Shown piece by piece: positions 54,166-64,000 of a stretch of 64,000 nt of DNA (within the stretch, counting starts at the first letter, position 1; each line of letters opens with the position of its first letter). A program made the translations under genes and the position numbers. The notes under the pieces are model-generated. The model was not told where the DNA came from. It did no database searches and worked only from the letters and a program-made list of their open reading frames with translations. This DNA comes from an uncultured delta proteobacterium. Its GTDB lineage: Bacteria; Myxococcota_A; UBA9160; SZUA-336. The stretch is taken from assembly GCA_963704165.1 (NCBI GenBank), contig CAVPHD010000011.1, positions 32,001-96,000 of the forward strand, given 5' to 3'.

Positions 54166-55753
54166 TCACGCGGCCGGCAGGAAGACCCGCACCGTCGTGC
54201 CCTTGTCGCGCTCGCTTGCCACGGCGATGCGTCCGCCGTGCGCCTCGACGACGCGCTGCACCGTCGCGAGACCGAGCCCCGTGCCCTTCGGCTTGGTGGT
54301 GAAGAACGGCTCGAAGAGACGATCGAGCGCGTCGGGCGCGAAGCCGCAGCCGCGATCCTCGACGCAGATCTCGATCTCGCGCAGGAGCGCGTCACCGGCG
54401 GCGCGCACGCGCACGACGCCATCGTCCGGCTTGCTTTCGGCCGCGTTTCTCATCAGGTTCCAGAACACCTGACGGAGCTGATCGGAGTTTCCCCGCACGC
54501 AGAGACCGGCGGGAATCGAGAGCTCGAGCTCGACCGCGCAAGCGTCGTCGCGATCGAGCAGCGCGCGCAGCTCCTCGAAGAGCGGAGCGAGCTCGACCGG
54601 CTCGAAACGCCCGGGGCCCGGGCGCGCGTAGGTCAGGAAGTCCGTGACGAGCCGATTCAGTCGAGCGGTTTCACGCCGTACGATCTGGGACAGAGTCTGC
54701 GAGTTCGCGTCGCCGCTCGGCAGGTCCGACGTCAAGAGCTCGATCGCACCCGACAGGGACGCGAGCGGGTTTCGGATCTCGTGCGCGAGCCCTGCCGCGA
54801 GCTGCCCGACCGCACCCAGGCGCTCGCTCCGCCGGAGCTCCTCCTCCATCTCGACCACGCGCGTCAGGTCCTGGAAGATCACGATCGCACCGTCGGTGTG
54901 CCCGTCCGGATCGCGGAGCGCCGACACCGACATTCCCAGGTGCAATCGCCGGCCATCCGCTCGATCGAACTTCACGTGCATCCGCTCCTGCTGGCTGGAT
55001 TCGCCGACCGGTCCGAGAGCGGGAAACATCCGCTCGAGCGCGGAGCCGCGGGCGTCGGCTTCGCTGCCAGCCCGTGATCCGCTCCGCCTCGCGGTTGAAC
55101 GAGCTGATGATTCCGTCCCGTCCCACCGTCAGCAGTCCCGACGAGACGTTGTCGACGATCCGGCGGTGGATCTCACCGAGCTCGTGCAGCTCGCGGCGTC
55201 CGGCCTGCACTTCGACGGCCAGCCGCCGCGAGAGCATCGCGACCGCGAGATAGGCGAGCGCGTGGCCCACCACCGATGTGGCAGCCGCGTCGCGATCGAC
55301 GACGGGTTCACCATCGAAGGCCGGCATCCAGCCCGCCGCCGGTCCCCAGACGACGACGGTGTAGGCCACCACCGCACTCGTGCAGGCAAGCAGCGCGCCG
55401 CGCGATCCCAGCGTGAGTGCGGCATACACGATCCAGACCAGGAACAGGAAACCGAACACCGAGTGCGCCCCGCCCGCGCAGTAGACGAAGCCGGAGATCA
55501 GCAGCGCGTCGCCGGCCAGCTCGAAGAGATGGAGACGGGTCGACCGACCCCAGGCGGCGAGCGCGCCGTAGGCCAGCGCGAGCAGGAAACCGGCGAGCAC
55601 CAGCGCGTACAGCGCCTCGAGCTCGCGCTCGGAGTACGCGTCGCTGCCGCGCACCTGCGTGATCACGCAGAGCGTGAAGATCGCCGCCAGCGCGGCAAGC
55701 CTCGTCGCGAAGGCGCTGACCGGGAGCGCCGTGCGTGGCGAGGCCTCGAACAT
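54166..55753 (-). CDS. pilS: sensor histidine kinase PilS (one +1 frameshift near 55065)
   Basis: Multi-transmembrane N-terminus, PAS (FNREAERITG), AHEIRNPLAS, QVFWNL, FFTTKPKGTGLGL. Confidence 0.87.
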
Positions 55754-55758
55754 CCGCG

Positions 55759-56968
55759 CTAGTTGACGGCGTCTGCGATCTTGAAGATCGGAAGGTACAT
55801 GGCGACCAGCAGCGCACCGATCGACCCACCGAGCCCCACCATCAGCAGCGGTTCCAGCAGCGACGTCAGCGCGTCGACGGCCGCATCGACCTCGTCGTCG
55901 TAGAAGTCGGCGATCTTGCGCGAGCATCGCGTCCATGGCACCGGTCTGCTCGCCGACCGCGATCATCTGGACGACCATGCCCGGGAAGACCTTCGAGCCC
56001 TGGAGGGGTTCGGCGATCGTCTTGCCTTCGGCGATCGAGCCCTTCGTGCGCAGGATCTCGCGCTCGACGACCACGTTACCCGCGGTCCGCGCGACGATCT
56101 CGAGCGCGTCGAGAATCGGGACTCCCGACGAGAGCATGGTCGAAAGCGTCCGCGAGAAGCGCGCGACCGCCACCTTCTGCAAGAGCGTCCCGAAGATCGG
56201 CATCTTCAGGAAGACGCCGTCGAGAACAGCACGGCCGCCGGCGGTCGCGTACACGCGCTTGAACGCGTAGACGAGCGCCACGACGCCTCCGATCATGTAG
56301 AAGATCCACTCCTGCATGAAGTGCGAGACGTTGATGACCATCTGCGTCGGCGCGGGCAACACGCCACCGAAGTCCGAGAACATCTTCTCGAAGACGGGAA
56401 TGACCTTCACCAGCATGACCACGACGACGAGTATGGCGATCACCGTGACCGACGCCGGGTAGACCATCGCCGACTTCACCTTTCGGCGGAGCGCTTCGTT
56501 CTTCTCGAGATACGCCGCGAGCCGGTTCAGGATCGTGTCGAGAATGCCGCCGACCTCGCCGGCCGCGACGAGATTCACGTACAAGCGGTCGAAGACCTTC
56601 ACGTGCTTGCCGAGGGCGTCGGAGAACGTCGCGCCGCTCTCCACGTCGGACTTGATCTGCAGGATGATCTTCTTGAAGGCGATGTTCTCCTGCTGGGTTC
56701 CGAGGATGTCCAGGCACTGCACGAGCGGCAGACCGGCGTCGATCATCGTCGCGAACTGCCGGGTGAACATGACCAGATCCTTGGTCGTCGGCTTCTTCTG
56801 CAGCATCGGAAAGATCTCGGAGAGATCCTTCGGCTTCGGCTTGACCGTCGTCGGAGTGATCGCCTGCGCCCGCAACGTGGCCATCGCCCCGTCGACGTCG
56901 TTCGCCACGATCACGCCTTTCTTCGAAAGACCGTCGCGCGTCTTGCCTGCCCAGTTGAATGTCGGCAT
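55759..56968 (-). CDS. pilC: type IV pilus platform protein PilC (one +1 frameshift near 55921)
   Basis: FTRQFATMIDAGLPL, AGEVGG, AMVYP, VGEQTG, then KIADFYDDEVD...AMYLPIF. Confidence 0.93.
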
Positions 56969-56988
56969 ATGCCCTCCCGCTCGCGCGG

Positions 56989-58086
<1,098 letters not shown>

Positions 58087-58093
58087 CGCCTTC

Positions 58094-59794
<1,701 letters not shown>

Positions 59795-59859
59795 CGCACC
59801 CCTCCGCCGCGTCGGATCCGTCTCACGCGAATCCCGAGAAGACCCGGGTTTGCGCTGAG

Positions 59860-59887
59860 TTATCGGTGGGGGTCGGAGCCAGCTTTA
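59860..59887 (-). promoter_or_regulatory. sigma28-like promoter motif upstream of pilB
   Basis: TAAA-N16-ACCGATAA. Confidence 0.62.
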
Positions 59888-60939
59888 CCGAGTCGGGGGG
59901 CGATCAGCAGGCCGAGGCGGGCGCCGCTCTGCACCGCGATCACGGAGCCGATCAGCGTCACCGGGAGCCAATAGGCGAGGTGGACGACGGTTCCGTAGGC
60001 CACGGCGACCGATCGCCCCACGCCGAACAGGCCGAGCGCCTCGCGGCAGGCGAAGTGGAATACGCCGAAGAAGCCCGGCGCGGACGGCGCCGCGACCGCG
60101 AGCGCGACGAAGACGTTGGTCGTGAACGTCGCGAGCAGGAGCTCGCGGAACGAGAGCTCGATCCCGAAAGCGAGAATCCCGAGCAGGAAGGGCGCCGGCA
60201 GGACGACGGTCCAGAGCAGCGCGCTGTGCAGGATGACCCGCGAGGTCGCCCGAAATCCGCGCAGGCCCGCGAGCCCGCGACACACCTCCGCGGTCAGACC
60301 CATCACGCGCTCGCGCAGCGCGATCGGAAACAGACGGAGAGCCCCGTCCAGAAGCGCGAGCGTTCCGCGCTCGTTCACGCGCAGCGCGATGATCAGTGCG
60401 ATCGGAAGGAACGTGAGGACCGCGAAGATTCCAGCGCCGGAGCTCACCCAGACGGGCATGGCCTTGGCGTGCAGCAGGAGCACGATCCCGCCCATGACCG
60501 ACACACAGGTGAAATCGATCGCGCGCTCGAGCACGAGCGTGCCCAGCGCCGCCGCGCCGCTGACCTCCGTCTCCTGCGCGAGAAGCCAGGGCCGCGCGAG
60601 CTCGCCGAGGCGGAACGGCAGCACGTTCACGGCCATGAACGCGAGAGCGGTCGCGCGGAAGAGCGAGCGCAGCGGCAACGGAGCGGGCGCGAGCGTGAGC
60701 GAGAGCCAACGCCAGCGCAGAGCACGCAGCCACAGCCCGGCGACGTGAAATGGCAGCATCGCGAGCACGATCCACGGATCCGCGTCACCGATGTGCGTCG
60801 CGACGTCGCGAAGATCGACGTCGTGCAGCGTGTAGACGATCGCGGCCACGGGAATGCCGACGCCGAGCCAGATCCGCCAGTCGAGGACGGAGCGCATCCC
60901 GATGGATCGCTCGCCTCGGGATCCGGGGGTGGGACTCAA
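59860..60939 (-). CDS. lysylphosphatidylglycerol synthase TM / UPF0104 flippase-like membrane protein
   Basis: RALRWRWL, NVLPFRLGELAR, ERAID, PSAPGFFGVFH. Start may be ATG 60897. Confidence 0.85.
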   Translation of the reverse strand: MSPTPGSRGERSIGMRSVLDWRIWLGVGIPVAAIVYTLHDVDLRDVATHIGDADPWIVLAMLPFHVAGLWLRALRWRWLSLTLAPAPLPLRSLFRATALAFMAVNVLPFRLGELARPWLLAQETEVSGAAALGTLVLERAIDFTCVSVMGGIVLLLHAKAMPVWVSSGAGIFAVLTFLPIALIIALRVNERGTLALLDGALRLFPIALRERVMGLTAEVCRGLAGLRGFRATSRVILHSALLWTVVLPAPFLLGILAFGIELSFRELLLATFTTNVFVALAVAAPSAPGFFGVFHFACREALGLFGVGRSVAVAYGTVVHLAYWLPVTLIGSVIAVQSGARLGLLIAPRLGKAGSDPHR

Positions 60940-61886
60940 GCGGACTCGGCCACGAGCGCGCGGCGCGCCTCTGCGGCGTCGAGCGCGATCTGGCGCGCCA
61001 GCTCGTCGGGACCCGCGAAGCGCCGCTCCGCTCGCAGCCGCTTCTCGAAAGCGACCGAAACGCGCCGGCCGTAGAGATCTCCGTCGAAGTCGAGAAGGTG
61101 GGTCTCGGCCAGGATGCGCCCGGGCTCGAACGTCGGCCGCGTGCCGATGTTCGTGACGGCGGAATGCCAGACCGCCCCGGGTCGATCCCCGTCTAGAAAC
61201 GCCACGCGCGTCGCGTAGACGCCGTTGGCGGGCAGGAGCTCGCTCTCCGGTTCCAGATTCGCGGTCGGAAAGCCCAGCGTCCGACCCCGCCGCTCGCCTT
61301 CGACCACGCGGCCCCAGACGACATAGGCACGCCCGAGACAGCGCATCGCCTCTTCGACGTCGCCGCGCAGAAGCGAACTCCGCACGCGCGTACTCGACAC
61401 ATCTTCACCGTCGACCCGTACCTGGCCGATGATCTCCACGCGGATTCCGAGCTCGCGGGCGCTCGCGCGAAGCCAGTCGCCGGAGCCCGCCCTGCCCTTC
61501 CCGAAATGGAAGTCGCGGCCGACGAAGACCTCGGCCGGGCCGATTCGATTCGCGATCACGTCGCGCACGAACTCGTCCGGGGAGAGCGCGGCAAATGCGG
61601 GCGTGAACGCCTCCCGGACCAGAAGCTCGATTCCCCGAGCCGCGAGCCCGACGCTGAGCTGCTCGCGCGTCATCAAGCGGGGCTGCGGCTGATCGGGAAA
61701 GAGCACGCGCCGCGGGTGCGGGTCGAAGGTGTACAGCGCTGCCCTTCGGCCGAGCGTCGATGCACGCGACAGCACGGCATCGAGCAACGCCTGATGGCCG
61801 AGGTGCAGACCGTCGAAATTCCCCACGGTGAGCACGCAGCCACGGACCGACCCGTCGACCGAGCCACTTCCCTCGAAGACGCGCAT
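60936..61886 (-). CDS. ribF: bifunctional riboflavin kinase/FAD synthetase
   Basis: GNFDGLHLGH, TFDPHP, SSTRVR, GRTLGFPTAN, NIGTRPTF, ETHLLDF. Confidence 0.96.
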   Translation of the reverse strand: MRVFEGSGSVDGSVRGCVLTVGNFDGLHLGHQALLDAVLSRASTLGRRAALYTFDPHPRRVLFPDQPQPRLMTREQLSVGLAARGIELLVREAFTPAFAALSPDEFVRDVIANRIGPAEVFVGRDFHFGKGRAGSGDWLRASARELGIRVEIIGQVRVDGEDVSSTRVRSSLLRGDVEEAMRCLGRAYVVWGRVVEGERRGRTLGFPTANLEPESELLPANGVYATRVAFLDGDRPGAVWHSAVTNIGTRPTFEPGRILAETHLLDFDGDLYGRRVSVAFEKRLRAERRFAGPDELARQIALDAAEARRALVAESA

Positions 61887-61952
61887 GCGGCCTCATTCTT
61901 AGGGACTCCACCCTGGGGTTGCAACGGCACGGTCGTCGGACCAAGAGACGCT

Positions 61953-63038
61953 ATGCTGACCCGCGTGCGGATCATCTCCCGATACCTGCTTCGCGACTTC
62001 GCCGGGACCTCCGCTGCCGTGCTCTTCGGTCTCCTCGTGATGTGGGCGGCGGCCGACATCCTGCTCCATGTGGATGAGCTGGCCGGGAATCTCGGACGCG
62101 GACTGCGCGATGCCGCGCTGCGAGGCTTTCCGGTGCTGCCGGTCGCGGTTCCGATCTCGTGCGTCGTGGGTGCAGTCCTCTGTCTCGCTCGGGCCGCCCG
62201 GAACTCCGAGCTCGCGGCGATCCGGACGGGTGGCATCCGCCTGCAGTCCGCACTCGTCCCGATCCTGCTCGCCTGTGCGCTGGTCGCGATCGGCCTGGCC
62301 TTTCTCGAAGACCGCGTGCTCCTGCCGGCACGCGCCGTACTCGAACACGGCCGCGACCAGGACGGAAGCGAGCGGGTGCGCACGCCCGAGCGGCGCCTCG
62401 ACCGCTGGTGGTTCGCCTCCGGAGCTTCGATCTTCTCCGCCGCGAGCTACGACCGGAAGGAGCGCGTGCTCCGGGACGTGACCGTGTTCCGCTTCGACGA
62501 TACACGCGCCATTCGCGAGAGAATCGACGCGAAGAGCGCGGCGAACCTGGTGGGAGACACCTGGGAGATCCGTGAAGCGAATGTGCTCGAGTTCTCGGCG
62601 GGTGGCGGTATCGGCCGTCGAAGCGCGATCGCCCTTCGCCTCGATCTCGGCATCAGCAGCCGCGAGATGGAGCGCGCCTCGCGCCAGCCGGGCTGGATGA
62701 CCCTTCACCAGCTCGCCCGGCAGATCCGCAAGAGTGCGGGAGATGCCGCCGAGGTCACGAAGCTGGAGCTCGCCTTTCACAGCCGGCTCGCGCAGAACTT
62801 CTCCGTTCTGATCGTCGTCTTGCTCGCGCTGCCCTTCGCGGCCGGAGACGCGCGCGGCGAGTCGCTCCCGCGCGCACTGCTGCTCTCGCTTCTCGCGGCC
62901 GCGGGTTTCTGGCTCGCGTGGACGCTCGCGGTGCTCCTCGGTGGAGGCGGCGCGGTTCCGCCGGCCATCCCCATCTGGGGGGTGACGCTCGCGGCACTCG
63001 CCTTCGGCTACCTGCGCTTCAGAACCATCCCGGAATGA
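61953..63038 (+). CDS. LptF/LptG family LPS export permease
   Basis: ISRYLLRDF, RNSELAAIRTGG, periplasmic beta region, three C-terminal transmembrane helices. Start may be GTG 61965. Confidence 0.85.
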   Translation: MLTRVRIISRYLLRDFAGTSAAVLFGLLVMWAAADILLHVDELAGNLGRGLRDAALRGFPVLPVAVPISCVVGAVLCLARAARNSELAAIRTGGIRLQSALVPILLACALVAIGLAFLEDRVLLPARAVLEHGRDQDGSERVRTPERRLDRWWFASGASIFSAASYDRKERVLRDVTVFRFDDTRAIRERIDAKSAANLVGDTWEIREANVLEFSAGGGIGRRSAIALRLDLGISSREMERASRQPGWMTLHQLARQIRKSAGDAAEVTKLELAFHSRLAQNFSVLIVVLLALPFAAGDARGESLPRALLLSLLAAAGFWLAWTLAVLLGGGGAVPPAIPIWGVTLAALAFGYLRFRTIPE

Positions 63039-63041
63039 GAA

Positions 63042-63947
63042 TCAGGGCTTCTCGGCCGTGGGCGCGCGCGGATCGAAGAGGTACTTGAGAAAGCTCGATC
63101 CGCGAGAGAGCACGAGCATGGTCTCTCCGTCGAGCGACTTCCGGTACGCCTCCAGGCTACGCACGAAGGTGTAGAACTCGGGGTCCGCACCGTAGACGTC
63201 GGCATACGTTCGCGCCGCCTCTGCGTCGCCCTCTCCGCGCAGACGCAGGGACTCGCGCTCGGCCTCCGCCAGGATCACCAGACTCTCGGCCTCGGCCTGC
63301 GAACGGATTCCGCGCGCCTGCTGCTCGCCCTCGGCGCGGAACTTCAACGCGAACCGGCTTCGCTCGGTGCGCATGCGCTCGTAGACGCGCCCGATGTTCG
63401 CCTCGGGATAGATCGCCCCGCCGATGCGCACTTCGACCACCGAGATCCCGAGCGGCTCGAGCGCCGCTGCCGCCCCGGCGGTGATCTCGCGCTCGACGGC
63501 ATCTCGCCGATCCGAGAGCAGGTCGGGCAGCGTGTGTTGATTCACCGTCTCGCGCACCTCGCTGTAGCTGAGCTCGTCGATTCGCTGCAGGGCCGCGGCT
63601 TCGCTGCGATTGGACTCGAAGAACCGTTGCGGATTCGAGATCCGCCAGATCACGAAGTAGTCGAGATCGACGAGCGTGCGATCGACGGTGTTCAGCGAAT
63701 GCGGGGTCGAGTGGAAGTGCAGGTTGCGCCGCTCGTACCGGTAGAACTCGTGCAGGAACGGCACCCGCAGGTACCAGCCCGGCTCGAGCAGGTTCGCCTG
63801 ATTCAGCGAGATGCCGAAGAGGCTCGGTTCGGGCTCGTTCAATAGCGTGCGGAACGCCTGCTCACGCTCGTCGAGGATGACGACACAGAAAAGCGACACA
63901 ACGGCCAGCGTGAGCGCGACCAGGAGGATCGCCAGCCAGCGGCTCAT
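63042..63947 (-). CDS. hflC: protease modulator HflC (SPFH domain)
   Basis: PGWYLRVPF, WRISNP, YERMRTER, RAEGE, GEGDAEA, DPEFYTFVRSLEAY. Confidence 0.93.
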   Translation of the reverse strand: MSRWLAILLVALTLAVVSLFCVVILDEREQAFRTLLNEPEPSLFGISLNQANLLEPGWYLRVPFLHEFYRYERRNLHFHSTPHSLNTVDRTLVDLDYFVIWRISNPQRFFESNRSEAAALQRIDELSYSEVRETVNQHTLPDLLSDRRDAVEREITAGAAAALEPLGISVVEVRIGGAIYPEANIGRVYERMRTERSRFALKFRAEGEQQARGIRSQAEAESLVILAEAERESLRLRGEGDAEAARTYADVYGADPEFYTFVRSLEAYRKSLDGETMLVLSRGSSFLKYLFDPRAPTAEKP

Positions 63948-64000
63948 TTCGCGCCTCCGCGCCGGTCGAGCGGCAGGTAGGGCACGACGCGCTCGGAGGA
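63944..64000 (-). CDS. hflK: HflK C-terminal end (partial)
   Basis: SSERVVPYLPLDRRGGAK*; ATGA overlap with hflC. Confidence 0.7.
   Translation of the reverse strand, partial: SSERVVPYLPLDRRGGAK

Overview
High-GC bacterial window; gene content and order point to a Myxococcota/delta-proteobacterial lineage (inference). It looks like a long-read assembly with scattered 1-nt indels. 1-5.9 kb: tRNA wobble-modification neighbourhood (queG, trmL, an Elp3 radical-SAM/acetyltransferase head-to-head with a Trm9/ALKBH8-like methyltransferase), plus rnhA and a MaoC pair. 5.9-28.9 kb: lipid/acyl-CoA and accessory genes (TetR + ferritin-like protein, P450, crotonases, second MaoC pair, SDR, a 14-repeat FG-GAP surface protein, HEAT-methyltransferase fusion, glycosyltransferases, Gfo/Idh/MocA pair). 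28.9-30.3 kb: small islet at the 3' end of tRNA-Gly(CCC) with a PEP-CTERM gene and a reverse-transcriptase remnant. 30.3-59.8 kb (minus strand): Myxococcus-style type IVa pilus locus (pilB-T-C-S-R-A-G-H-I-D-S2-R2, Ig lipoprotein, HTH, pilM-N-O-P-Q) running into aroK-aroB-TPR-mglC-aroQ-lipoate ligase-sgmX-exeA-like. 59.8-64 kb: flippase-like gene, ribF, lptF/G, hflC, hflK end. Main observations: (1) a candidate bacterial Elp3+Trm9 mcm5U34 pathway; (2) a sigma28-like motif TMAR-N17-CCGAT found seven times with identical spacing before pilus-locus genes, above a sigma54 pilA promoter; (3) an sgmX leader with a probable CTG start and an RBS-sequestering hairpin. All calls come from reading the sequence and remembered family motifs; no searches were run.
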